Virus record (IMG/VR): IMGVR_UViG_3300030098_004539
Coordinates: 1-64,000 of that record
Direction: 5' to 3' (one strand)
Source: a virus
DNA length: 64,000 nucleotides
The notes under the pieces were generated by a model. That model was given only the letters and a program-made list of their open reading frames with translations, searched no databases and was not told where the DNA came from. Numbering within the stretch: position 1 is the stretch's first letter; the number at the start of each line of letters is the position of its first letter. Positions 45,810 through 56,304 of this stretch are shown here, one piece after another. A program made the translations under genes and the position numbers.

Positions 45810-48800
45810 ATGGCTATTTATGTAAAGCTTACTAGCGGGAGTGCTCCCGCACAGACATGGAGCGGTAGTAACCTCGGAGTCCCGTTTGATAACGGGGCAA
45901 GTGCCGGTAATGTTATTATCCAAGCATTCTCTAACGCAGGTATGACCTCTAGTATCCCTGCCGGAAACGTTACTTGGGAACTGCTTAACGCTCCTGCCGG
46001 GACAACTAAGAATTCTGCTTGGTTTACTACCGCTAACGGAGGTTCTTTAGCAGGAGTTAACCCGCTGGCGTCGGGCGGGGGTCCTAGTCCTAATTTCCTA
46101 CCGGATATTCAAGGTACTTGGTTTTTTCGGTGTACGCGTACAGATACCAGTGAGTCGATAGATTTTGTTGTATCTACTTTAAACGTAAAGACGCGAATGC
46201 GTATCCCGGCTGCGGGGGAAACAACTGAGTCTGATCAGGATACGACTAATCACGCGTACCCTGGAGGCTCTCCTAGTGGGCAAGGTTGGGCAAAAGATCG
46301 AAACTCCGCTATGGCAGTCATTGAAGACTTAGCTACTACAGGCGGCGTGCAGGTATGCTACTTTAATGATGCTGGAGGCATTGCCGGTGCTCCGTGGGGA
46401 GGAACCCTTAAAGCCGGTGCAGCCGTAGCTATTTCTGGAACTACCCAAATCAATCACACAACAGGGGAACACGTACCTACTGTTGTGCTGGCTGACGGCA
46501 CCACTAACTACGAGTATATCGGTATTGTTAAGTCGGGAGTCGATGGGAACACAGCTACTATCCCTAACCAGAGCCTTATTTGGGTATCTCGTTCTGGTAT
46601 TGTAGATTCAGAAAATGGGATCATTGACACTCAAACCGTCTCAAAAGTAGTAGGGGAGATTCTCTACCTCTCTAACACTAAAGGTATCCTTCAACGAGGA
46701 ACTGACCGGTTTGCACTAGGGGCGGCAGCTACACCTAAATACGTCGTTCCGGCATGTATGGTGCTTACGCAAGCACTGGGAGCTAGAGTTCTTTCTCTTC
46801 CGAGGGAGTACCTGGGAGGTATTTCCGCAGTCACGGACGATCAAAGTTTCCGATTTGTGGGCTTGGGAGACTTTAGAGGACTGCGCGTAGGTAGTAGTGA
46901 AGCGGCACAAGTAGCTGGAGAACTTACTGGAGCTATCGAAATGATAGCTACCAATAAAGAATCTGGGGGCATTACAGCAGGACAGGTCTGTATGCTCTAC
47001 TACGACGTAGCCACAAACAAAATGAACGCCTACATTGGGGACTCAAACCCCAATAACGTTGCCGTCTCTGTTTACAAAAAACACGGTATTATTGGAGTAG
47101 CAGTACAGGCTGTAGCCTCCAGTGCTGTAGGACATTTTGTGGTTTATGGTCCCGCTACTACAAACCTTAGTACTGCCGCTAACTCAGTTAGGTACCAAGA
47201 TGTTTATGTAGGGTCTTCTCGAACAGGAACAGCTAACGTAGGTAAGGCTGTTTTGTTTAGTGAAGTTGCAGGAAACGATCAGTGGATGGACGCTTCGTCT
47301 AATACCTCCTATAATGCAGGAAACTTTATTATCCCTGTAGGTCACCTCGTTACTGATGCAGCTTCCGTTAGAACGGTTGTTGTGGGCTTCCACAAACAGA
47401 CAGGTTTCTTAGACTCCACAATAGGTGGCTTAAGTGATCAAGGGCTTAACTCTGGACTAATAACTACTCCAGGTACGTCTCCTCTAGCTTCTGTAGGAAG
47501 GTCTCGTAACAAGAGCAGCCTCAGCATTCAAGATAGCGCTGTCACTCTAACAGTTGATAACGAGGCTACTACGGTTAAAGTAGCCGGCTCTGGGGCCGAC
47601 GACCCCATCGTTGAAGTAGACCTTTACGAGTGTAAACTTCCAGGTACTGCACTATCGGCTACTGTCCCAGGAACAGCGTTAGCTGGGGCTCGCAGCGCAG
47701 GAATGCCCTGGCCTGGTGCGCCTCTTGTTCCTGCTACACCTTTGTACGGAACGTTTAATTACGACTACCGACTCGATTACGCGACACACGGAGTCGCTAC
47801 CGGTAATGAGATCTATGATAACCCTACGCGAGTCAAGATTTACGGGTACACTAAAGGTAATAACGTATCGATATTAACACTCAAGACAAAGCTACGCTTT
47901 AATGTAAAGTCGCTTATTGATGGGACAGTCATGCTCCCTACTACAAACGAAACTCCAGACTATCCGTTCTGGACGTACCTTCTAAATCTGCCAGAAGTGT
48001 CGATTACAAATACGAATGCTGGGGTGGCTACCCAATTTAAAGAACTGTGCTTTGACGTACCCATCTACGACAACAACACGGTTCCAAGTGCGGCAGGAAA
48101 CAAAGTAGGTTCTACTGGAGTACCTTCTTTAAGTTTTATTAATCCAGGACACTCAAAAGAAGTAACAACTACGTTCCCGGTTTCAGGAAACTTTAAAAAT
48201 AGAATCCTTACAGTTGATGCTGTAATTGAACGTACTGACGGCAGTGGTACTGATTTTTATGTTACGCATGTAGTTTTAGAATCCGACAAGAGATCTCAAG
48301 CTCCAGACCGGCACAGCTATTTCGAAGCCTGCTGGCCTGCGTACGCGTTTTTAAACGATGCTGGGGCATTTGATATTGTTGACGAAGGCGCAACAGTCAA
48401 CGCTGGACCTCCCGCAGGTGTAGACGTTGACTTGCGAGGCGTGGAAAATAGTAGCGCCCGAAGTAGTACGTTAAACGATATTGTAGGGTTTATCCCTAGG
48501 GACTCTCGGGCACCTACTCCCGGTGCAGCAATAGCTTCAAGTTATGCCCTACTGATAGATGGAAAATTTTCAGGAGCAGCAGGAACTGCCTCGGGAGATA
48601 CTTTAACTCTTAAATTCTACGTTAAAGAAGTAACCGCTACTACTGTCTGTACAAACTCCATATCGGCTGCCGCTCCTCTTCTAGTCAACGGCGCTACAAA
48701 TTCTTGGACGCCCGTGTTTACAGCAGCCTCTGGAGAGGTTGCTAACACTCGGCATACGCAAACCTTTAATCCTCCCAGCAATGACAACGTTATTGGATGG

Positions 48801-50360
48801 TGGTTTAAAGTAGAGCGAGACGTCTCTGGAGGAGTTAGCTCTGGAGGCGCGTCTGCAAACATTAATGGGGCAGAAGTTTTCTACCTCATGTCTAACGTTG
48901 GTCTTCACCAATTAACAGACAATAACGATGCAGCGTATCAAAACCCAAATACCCCAGAGGCTATCTACGAACAACACGTTCTCGGTACTGCAATGGTTTC
49001 TACCACTACAGGAGCGTTAACAAAAAATTCATACGGGGATATCGCCGGAGCACTTCTCAGAGGTACAGACCCTACTGTTGTGTTTACAACGGCATTTGAT
49101 GCTCGATACGACGACAAATCCGGGGTTATTATAGACGTAATCGTAGGCGCTGAAGACAACGGCGGTACGCTTAAATTAAAACTCAGCGCTAACTATTCAG
49201 ACTGTGGCGACCTAATGCCCGCAGCTTCGGTAGATATACAGACGTACGAAGTAGATAACTCTACCGCAGTTGCTGCCGGAGAAGTAAGGTTTCACAAGTT
49301 TAGTTTTTATGCTCCAGCAGACGTATTCTGGTCAAATCAGAACACCCCCGCCGGAACTTATGAAAACCCAAGCCTTAGTTCTGGAAGCAACAAAGGTACG
49401 GTTCGGTGGACTCTTACCCGAACAGACTCACAATCATACGACCTTACAGTGTTAAGTGCGACGGTACGTAGTGATAAATCAAATAAGACATCATTAGGTG
49501 GCGTCAATCTGATTAACGTGAACGAGAATTACGTTACCGCACGCGCTGCCGGCAGAGGACCTGTATACGTTCCCGGATACCCCCGTTACGACGGAAAACG
49601 GACAACGAACCTGTCCATTCAACGATTTTCTTGGAAGTTTGTATCACCACCTGCGTGGCTAGTTGGAGGGTCTGGAATTGCCGGTTCAGCAGCAGCTTAT
49701 TTAACTGTCCCAGGAACCGAAGGAATCGACCTGTCTGCGCGAGGACTGACGGGCGTATACTTCGGACAATACATCCCCTACAGCTTTGCCATCACGGACA
49801 TCTACGGGTATTGCGGACAACCGACAGGTGCAAACGTTCTTTCGCCATTAAAAGGCGGAGAATCAGGTACGGCTCAGATTGCTTTAGATTTTGGCATTCT
49901 AGAAATTCCTACTGCAACAGGGGATGCAACCGCAACCGCAGGTACGGCAAGTATCCAAGATTCGATCATGGGAACTGCTCATAGCGGTGCGACAGGTATG
50001 GCCCGCACTATAGTGTATCCTGGAGTACAAGGGTTCCCTCTTACTGTGTACCCAGACGCTAACGGCGCAGTGCGTTGGAATGCTACACAAATGAATAATG
50101 CCCCTGGCGGGACGGGTACTCAGGCCGAATACTTACCTAAAGTTATTCTTCCAAAAGATTACAAAGGGCTTATCCCAACTAATTTAGCTGGGTCTCAATG
50201 GCAGTTAGTGTGCATGGTCAGGAACGTCTCAGGTTCTGAGGTGTTACCTCTAATACACTTGACAGTAGAGATTGCACTCTTGCCCCAATATAACGCAGAC
50301 CGTTCAGGGTTAATGGGTGGATCTATTTCCAATACGACGAAAAAGACTTACGGGTATTAA
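45810..50360 (+). CDS. Large tail fibre/baseplate-associated protein
   Basis: 1516 aa, beta-rich; two cement-like modules (LKAG.AV...IGIV; ITAGQV...IIGVA). Confidence 0.7.
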   Translation: MAIYVKLTSGSAPAQTWSGSNLGVPFDNGASAGNVIIQAFSNAGMTSSIPAGNVTWELLNAPAGTTKNSAWFTTANGGSLAGVNPLASGGGPSPNFLPDIQGTWFFRCTRTDTSESIDFVVSTLNVKTRMRIPAAGETTESDQDTTNHAYPGGSPSGQGWAKDRNSAMAVIEDLATTGGVQVCYFNDAGGIAGAPWGGTLKAGAAVAISGTTQINHTTGEHVPTVVLADGTTNYEYIGIVKSGVDGNTATIPNQSLIWVSRSGIVDSENGIIDTQTVSKVVGEILYLSNTKGILQRGTDRFALGAAATPKYVVPACMVLTQALGARVLSLPREYLGGISAVTDDQSFRFVGLGDFRGLRVGSSEAAQVAGELTGAIEMIATNKESGGITAGQVCMLYYDVATNKMNAYIGDSNPNNVAVSVYKKHGIIGVAVQAVASSAVGHFVVYGPATTNLSTAANSVRYQDVYVGSSRTGTANVGKAVLFSEVAGNDQWMDASSNTSYNAGNFIIPVGHLVTDAASVRTVVVGFHKQTGFLDSTIGGLSDQGLNSGLITTPGTSPLASVGRSRNKSSLSIQDSAVTLTVDNEATTVKVAGSGADDPIVEVDLYECKLPGTALSATVPGTALAGARSAGMPWPGAPLVPATPLYGTFNYDYRLDYATHGVATGNEIYDNPTRVKIYGYTKGNNVSILTLKTKLRFNVKSLIDGTVMLPTTNETPDYPFWTYLLNLPEVSITNTNAGVATQFKELCFDVPIYDNNTVPSAAGNKVGSTGVPSLSFINPGHSKEVTTTFPVSGNFKNRILTVDAVIERTDGSGTDFYVTHVVLESDKRSQAPDRHSYFEACWPAYAFLNDAGAFDIVDEGATVNAGPPAGVDVDLRGVENSSARSSTLNDIVGFIPRDSRAPTPGAAIASSYALLIDGKFSGAAGTASGDTLTLKFYVKEVTATTVCTNSISAAAPLLVNGATNSWTPVFTAASGEVANTRHTQTFNPPSNDNVIGWWFKVERDVSGGVSSGGASANINGAEVFYLMSNVGLHQLTDNNDAAYQNPNTPEAIYEQHVLGTAMVSTTTGALTKNSYGDIAGALLRGTDPTVVFTTAFDARYDDKSGVIIDVIVGAEDNGGTLKLKLSANYSDCGDLMPAASVDIQTYEVDNSTAVAAGEVRFHKFSFYAPADVFWSNQNTPAGTYENPSLSSGSNKGTVRWTLTRTDSQSYDLTVLSATVRSDKSNKTSLGGVNLINVNENYVTARAAGRGPVYVPGYPRYDGKRTTNLSIQRFSWKFVSPPAWLVGGSGIAGSAAAYLTVPGTEGIDLSARGLTGVYFGQYIPYSFAITDIYGYCGQPTGANVLSPLKGGESGTAQIALDFGILEIPTATGDATATAGTASIQDSIMGTAHSGATGMARTIVYPGVQGFPLTVYPDANGAVRWNATQMNNAPGGTGTQAEYLPKVILPKDYKGLIPTNLAGSQWQLVCMVRNVSGSEVLPLIHLTVEIALLPQYNADRSGLMGGSISNTTKKTYGY

Positions 50361-50373
50361 TAGGTGATAAGGG

Positions 50374-51303
50374 ATGGCGTGTCTTGGCTGGGGACTATCA
50401 GAATGGGGTGATGACCCTTGGGGCGGAGGGGATCAAGTGGCTCCCTTTATATCCTCGATCAAGCCTGCGTGCGGCTCTACGAACGTTAATATCAACACCC
50501 CGATCGTTATCACCGTCTGTGACGACGGTTGCTCGGGAATGGGTATCGACTGCATCCGCATCTACGTCAATGGTACTCTAGTCTACGACGGTACCGGCCT
50601 TAACACAGGAAACCTTAATACCGGGTTTAAGGCTCCGTGTAATCAAGCCTGTAGTAGCGTTACTATTGCTACAGACACCACTACCGGACAGACCTGCTAC
50701 ACATTTAAAATGTGTTGTACGTCTTTTATATGCGGTAGCACCGTAACGGTCAGTGGAACTTTCTGTAACGCTAAAGGGGAAACAGTCAGTATCGGAGACT
50801 GTTCCTTTTCTACACAAGCGTGTAATTCAATATCTGGAATCGAGATTATCGATGAGCGACACATCGTAGTCAGATTCAATAATCACATGCTCCCTAACCC
50901 TACGCTTAATGGAGCGTTGTACGATACCGCAAGCTGGAGCGTATTGCCCGTCTCAGGAGGTTTTGTCTCAGGACAAGCTATCGACGTACAAGCAGTTTTA
51001 GTGGAAAAGACGTTCTTACCTAAAACTGTTATACTAGAAGTCAGCCCTCTTCGTAGAGGGGCTATGTACGAGGTTGTAGGCTCTTCTGCAATTCTCGACA
51101 TCTTTAAGCAAGGCCTTACATCAACAGGACACTCTACTCTTTTAGCCCGAAAAACTAAAGTAGATAGTATGATAGAAAAGTTACCCAGAATGTATAAAAC
51201 TAGAATTAATTCTGGGGCCGAAGACGATCAGAAAGTAATATCTATTTGGCAGATATTTGCTGCTCTTGGTATAGAAGATGAGCGTAAGAGCGGAGATTAT
51301 TAA
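50374..51303 (+). CDS. Cys-rich Ig-like baseplate protein
   Basis: GWGLSEWGDDPWGG N-terminus; 14 Cys in the first ~150 aa. Confidence 0.7.
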   Translation: MACLGWGLSEWGDDPWGGGDQVAPFISSIKPACGSTNVNINTPIVITVCDDGCSGMGIDCIRIYVNGTLVYDGTGLNTGNLNTGFKAPCNQACSSVTIATDTTTGQTCYTFKMCCTSFICGSTVTVSGTFCNAKGETVSIGDCSFSTQACNSISGIEIIDERHIVVRFNNHMLPNPTLNGALYDTASWSVLPVSGGFVSGQAIDVQAVLVEKTFLPKTVILEVSPLRRGAMYEVVGSSAILDIFKQGLTSTGHSTLLARKTKVDSMIEKLPRMYKTRINSGAEDDQKVISIWQIFAALGIEDERKSGDY

Positions 51304-54300
51304 TGGGCCAGAACACGTTACCTCCTGGTGTACAAACTTTTCTAAGTTCGGAAATGGGCGCTCAGTTACAAAGCGCCATGCGTTCTCTTTACGAGAACAT
51401 CATGCTAGATACGGCTGATGGCAAACAGCTTACAGACTTGGCTATAGACCTTGGTGTTCCTAGACCACCTGCTATTTTTTCAAACGATGACTTGTGGAGA
51501 GCTTCTGTAAAGGTACTGGCGTACGGACACAAGCACACACGTTCTGCTGTAGCCAGTTTTATGGAGCTTCTTCTTGGGCCGATCACTTCACAAGTAACTA
51601 CGCTATCTAGAACTACTTATACGCAGATTTCAAAAGGCGATACGCTGACGATTAATCCGCCATCTGCTAGTGCGGGTAATTACACGGTCAGTGAAGTCCT
51701 TACCCACCACCTTATTTTCCCCGCAGCAACGTTTACAGTTCCTGAATTAAATGTTTCCTACAAAATAGACGGGACCACTAGTGGTTACGGAAATCTTGTG
51801 GAACTGTCTGATGGAAGACAGGCTCTAGTAGACGTTACGGTGTCGTTTGTAAACACGCACCCGTATGACTTTATTACTAAAATAAATGCTGATATTCCTC
51901 AGTACGGGAAGTTGACGTTTAATAAAAACGCTATTGCACCGTATAAAGAGGAAAGTTTTACTTACCAATTCTACGACGGCAAGCGGTCGGGGATTCTTAA
52001 GTTAGAGACTTCTGGAGGAAAAGCTCCGACAGTTACTCACAATCAGTTTGTTCGTATACGATCAAGCGTATTAAACGCTTCTGTAAAGACGGGCGCTTTA
52101 AGTATCGAAATTAAAGATTCTACTAATTTCCCTACAAGCCCTGCAATGGTCCCTACCATCCAAGCAGGCGATAACATCACAATTTTGACAGTTCCTCCTG
52201 TGACCCCTGCGGGTGCAGGAAACATTACAGCGGTTAGCAAGCACGAACTTACTATTGGCGGTGGTGGCCTTCCTGTTCCGGGCGCTCCCTTAGAGGCAGA
52301 ATTTAAGTACATCGTTACTGCTCCAGGCAGTACTGAACTTAGTGGTGGTCGAGGACATTTCTTAAGTAAGAAGGGAAAGATTTTAAGTGCAACTCGTTTA
52401 GTCGATTACACTGTAGACTTCTTAAAGTTATTAAAGCCTTATGTTTCAGGGTCTAAAGAGCCTTTTAGTATTGTTATCAACCGAGGCCACAATAACGAAG
52501 AAACAATTGAGGTTCTTTCTCGGGCAGGTACTACGATTAACTTGGCGTTAAATCCTAATGACGCTCTTAACGAAACTTCTCTGCTTAAGTTTGATCACGA
52601 CAAAGGAGAAACTGTAGAGGTCTTTACAAAAGAAGACCACTCTACAGGGGCATATTTTGCCCTTAACGGTACCGGGACGACTGTTGCTGCCGTTAGTGCG
52701 GGGTCTACTCCAGGCTCTATTGTAGATACCGTCAACACTCCGTTTGTTGCTGAAAACGCAAACGCGTCTTATGGGGATGAGCTAGAGATTGTAACAACTG
52801 TTACAGGTGGTCCTGCGGTTGGAGAGAGAAGGACGATCACTACTATTGGTGGCGGAGGGACCACGGCTAACGTATCTCCTGATTTCACAGGACTTACTAC
52901 GATCGGATGTACTTACCGTGTGCGAAAGTTATACAAGCCCGGAACAGATAGGTTTTTATACCTAGCAGACTCTTCTATGTTTCCTGCGGCTAACTTCTCA
53001 GTAATATTGGATCGAGGCACTACCCAAGAAGAGGTAGTTTGGATTGACCAAAATACGTTAGCTACTAATCGATTGCGTATCGCAAACAGCGACAGCGGAA
53101 CAACGTTCGTAACCAAAAAACATAATTTTGGAATGAGTGTTGAGCCTGCACAAGTTTTAATAAAAAGCTGCAATTGGGACATTATAGAAACCCGCGCTAC
53201 GGGAGAATTTACACTGGCTATTGAGGGTGGTTGTATCCCCTCTCTTGAGATTAAGGACGCCTGGTATCTCCATGAAAAAACCCCAGCACATTTAGTAAAC
53301 GCCTCTAGCGATGTCGGGGCGGGGGGTCAAATCGGTCAGGTGCGCGGAGACGATGTAGTAGGTGGTGTTCCTACAAACTTTACTTATCTTCCAGATGCTC
53401 CTCTTCAAGCAGCAGTGGCGGCAGGGCAGTCTTTCTTCATGCTAACTAACAGCAACTTTGTCAGGTTGTTAGGAAACGCGGTTGGGGACAAAACTATTAA
53501 AAGTCCTAATTTAATTTTTCGGCCAATCTTTATTGATGATGGAAACGCTAAAGAAGAGAAATTAGTTACAACTATTAACCGTCACTATTACGGAACAGTT
53601 CTTCAAAACGTAGCTCCTGGAGCAACTACATTTATCTCCAGTATTGATCTTGCAGGAATGACTGTTGTTTTAGGGCAGTGGAACGGTAAGTACGCGGGGA
53701 AGGCTCCTTTTGTAGAAACAAGAACAGTTGGGGGCGGCGATTCGGTGTTAATTGCGGCAGGTAACCCGTTTGCAGGAAACTACACAATAACTGTTGCTGC
53801 TTTGGACTATGAACACGTTGCTGGGGAAAGTATTGTACCCGACCCTGTAAGGCTTGATACCAGTTTTCCTTTCAAGAACTCGTATGCAGTTCCTGCAAAT
53901 GCATTAGTAAATTATATTTACGCCCACCCCAGCTACCGGGCCGAATCTGATATTATCAAATTTCAAACAATGGAGACTCTTACCGACGCTAATTATCCTG
54001 CAAGCACTGCGTATGTTAGAAAGCGGGGGACTGGCGAACTTTCCAGGTTCGTTGTAAATGATGAGATTTACATAAAAGGCGGAGCAGGTGCGCCGTTAGG
54101 AGAGCGTAGGAGTATTGCTGCCGTTGGAGGAATCGGCAACAAAGTTATTTTTGTAGGGGAAGACGATACGTTTAGCGCTACAGTAACTGATGGTGACGAA
54201 TTTGATATTCGACCGTTTCTTCAGAGTGGGGACATCTCTGACAACATAGAGAAAGACATTTCAGCTAACGCCAACTCTGCTCAGTCGGCAGCGTTAAACT

Positions 54301-56303
54301 CTGTAAATTTAGAGTCGTATGCTGGCGGTCACAAGTCTATCTTTCCAGGGTGTTATATTTATAGGTTGTTGAACGATGACGGCACTGAGGCAGATCAACC
54401 GTCTTACGACACAAAGAATTTACTTTCTTCTTTTGCTGCTGAAGATGCTTCCGCAGCGTATAAGTTACCTGGACCTCGTCGCCTTATAGCCCCTCCGACT
54501 ATTCCGTACGGAGTATCTGTTGCTCCTGCTGTAGGAATAGGAATACTTAAATCTGCTGCTCTTCCTATAGGGGTGGATTTAAGTGAAAAATATATTGAGA
54601 TTTTAGGCCCTACAGACTCTTTAGATTATAGAAGAGTAATAAAAATTAATGGTGTTGTGGGGAGTGATGCAGGGGTTGGGATAGTACCTTTACTGCACCC
54701 TCTCTATGAAGAGGACATCGTACACGAGTTCCGAGTTTTAGGTGCCCAGAACGCTACGGCTCTTGTTCCTGGGGACAGTTATTGCTGGATAGATTACCCG
54801 GAGTTATTTCCAGACCCTGCACAAGGTGATTTTATTATCACTGTAGATCGAGGGGGTAACCAGATGGAAGACCTTCAGATCACCACTTGTGTAAATGCTC
54901 TTGGTCCTAATTACGGTAGATGCACTATTAACGCTGTAGAGAAGGTAGAGGGCGCGTTTAATCCAGGAACGTCAGTAGAGCTTAAGGTAACTAAGCTAGT
55001 CACAAGTTCTACGAGTGGTTCCTCCGCTGGAGGCTTATACCTAGCGTTTGGTTATGGATTTGATTCGTATAAGGTTCAAGATGTTGGATTAGGGGCAGAT
55101 TCTACTCTAGCGGGAAGTGATGTTCAGCAGGTAAATGACGTAAACATTGTCCCCGCAGGAGTTCACCCTCCAGTAAGTTATGAGTCTCCCTCAACCGTTA
55201 CTACTAAGTTAAAAGGTGGAATGTACGTTGTTCCAAACGCGGGGTTAAAACTTCCTACACCTACGTTAGCAAACACTAGGGTACGTTGTCAGATCATCCA
55301 AGCTACAGGAATTGCTCCTGCTGTTTCGTCTCAAATAAAAATATCTGATTTTAATTTTCTAAAACAAAAATATAAATCGTTTATTGGGGGAACAGTATCT
55401 ACCTTCGGTACGATAGGTACACAAACAATTACAGATATAGACCCTGTTAATTCAACTTTGACAGTCGTGCCTGCCTATACGGCGTCAACGCTTCCCCCTA
55501 ACGGAGCGCCTATTGTAATTCTGGCAAAGAAAGTTCCCTTTGATAATAAAGAGCGTCAGTCAGAAATAGATTACTTTTTTACTCTTGGAAAATTCGGATC
55601 AACGACAGGCACTACCCATAACGGTATTTTTCCTACGGTAGAAGCTGTTGGAGGAAGCACTACGACTTTAGTTAGATTAACTAACAGTAAACCCCTTTCT
55701 ACAGCTTTAGTGGGTAACTCTCTTTTAAGTATTACTCCAGGTAGCCCTATCTTAGGACAACGACGACAGATAGTAAAAATTACTGAAACTGCTCCAGGAA
55801 TAAGCGGATTTGATCAAGTTGTAGTCTTCCCGGCGTTTTCAGCAGGAGTGCCGGCTGGTGATGAACTTGCAATTATACCTGCAAAAGACTTTAAGTTTTC
55901 TAACTTATCTGACCTTGCGGGCGGAGTATACACCGGTATAAACGCACCTAATCCAATCAACACTAATGGAACAACTTATCCTGCACTCACTACTTCAAGT
56001 TTATCTACAGGGGTAAACAGGGAGTATGGTATCGTCCAAGAATATGTTGAGTATTCGTCTAGGAGTGGTAGGATTCTCACGTTGTCAGAACCTTTTTATT
56101 CAAAATACGATCATTTGCCCGGATCTACAGTAGTTTTTGGTACCGGCCAATTTGCTACCCAAGGTTACGGAAGAGACTACAGACCATTTTTAACTTCTAG
56201 TTACTTAGATCTTTTATTCAAATCAGGGATTTTAGACTTGAACTCTTTATTCTGTGCTGCTGGGATTGAAAGTAAAACTGAAGTTACTGAGTTAGGAAGC
56301 TGA
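51303..56303 (+). CDS. Giant baseplate wedge/fibre-attachment protein (P2 gpI-like N-terminus)
   Basis: LDTADGKQL..LA..LGVPRP...DDLWR, followed by many repeated beta modules; ends AAGIE. Confidence 0.75.
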   Translation: MGQNTLPPGVQTFLSSEMGAQLQSAMRSLYENIMLDTADGKQLTDLAIDLGVPRPPAIFSNDDLWRASVKVLAYGHKHTRSAVASFMELLLGPITSQVTTLSRTTYTQISKGDTLTINPPSASAGNYTVSEVLTHHLIFPAATFTVPELNVSYKIDGTTSGYGNLVELSDGRQALVDVTVSFVNTHPYDFITKINADIPQYGKLTFNKNAIAPYKEESFTYQFYDGKRSGILKLETSGGKAPTVTHNQFVRIRSSVLNASVKTGALSIEIKDSTNFPTSPAMVPTIQAGDNITILTVPPVTPAGAGNITAVSKHELTIGGGGLPVPGAPLEAEFKYIVTAPGSTELSGGRGHFLSKKGKILSATRLVDYTVDFLKLLKPYVSGSKEPFSIVINRGHNNEETIEVLSRAGTTINLALNPNDALNETSLLKFDHDKGETVEVFTKEDHSTGAYFALNGTGTTVAAVSAGSTPGSIVDTVNTPFVAENANASYGDELEIVTTVTGGPAVGERRTITTIGGGGTTANVSPDFTGLTTIGCTYRVRKLYKPGTDRFLYLADSSMFPAANFSVILDRGTTQEEVVWIDQNTLATNRLRIANSDSGTTFVTKKHNFGMSVEPAQVLIKSCNWDIIETRATGEFTLAIEGGCIPSLEIKDAWYLHEKTPAHLVNASSDVGAGGQIGQVRGDDVVGGVPTNFTYLPDAPLQAAVAAGQSFFMLTNSNFVRLLGNAVGDKTIKSPNLIFRPIFIDDGNAKEEKLVTTINRHYYGTVLQNVAPGATTFISSIDLAGMTVVLGQWNGKYAGKAPFVETRTVGGGDSVLIAAGNPFAGNYTITVAALDYEHVAGESIVPDPVRLDTSFPFKNSYAVPANALVNYIYAHPSYRAESDIIKFQTMETLTDANYPASTAYVRKRGTGELSRFVVNDEIYIKGGAGAPLGERRSIAAVGGIGNKVIFVGEDDTFSATVTDGDEFDIRPFLQSGDISDNIEKDISANANSAQSAALNSVNLESYAGGHKSIFPGCYIYRLLNDDGTEADQPSYDTKNLLSSFAAEDASAAYKLPGPRRLIAPPTIPYGVSVAPAVGIGILKSAALPIGVDLSEKYIEILGPTDSLDYRRVIKINGVVGSDAGVGIVPLLHPLYEEDIVHEFRVLGAQNATALVPGDSYCWIDYPELFPDPAQGDFIITVDRGGNQMEDLQITTCVNALGPNYGRCTINAVEKVEGAFNPGTSVELKVTKLVTSSTSGSSAGGLYLAFGYGFDSYKVQDVGLGADSTLAGSDVQQVNDVNIVPAGVHPPVSYESPSTVTTKLKGGMYVVPNAGLKLPTPTLANTRVRCQIIQATGIAPAVSSQIKISDFNFLKQKYKSFIGGTVSTFGTIGTQTITDIDPVNSTLTVVPAYTASTLPPNGAPIVILAKKVPFDNKERQSEIDYFFTLGKFGSTTGTTHNGIFPTVEAVGGSTTTLVRLTNSKPLSTALVGNSLLSITPGSPILGQRRQIVKITETAPGISGFDQVVVFPAFSAGVPAGDELAIIPAKDFKFSNLSDLAGGVYTGINAPNPINTNGTTYPALTTSSLSTGVNREYGIVQEYVEYSSRSGRILTLSEPFYSKYDHLPGSTVVFGTGQFATQGYGRDYRPFLTSSYLDLLFKSGILDLNSLFCAAGIESKTEVTELGS

Positions 56304-56304
56304 T

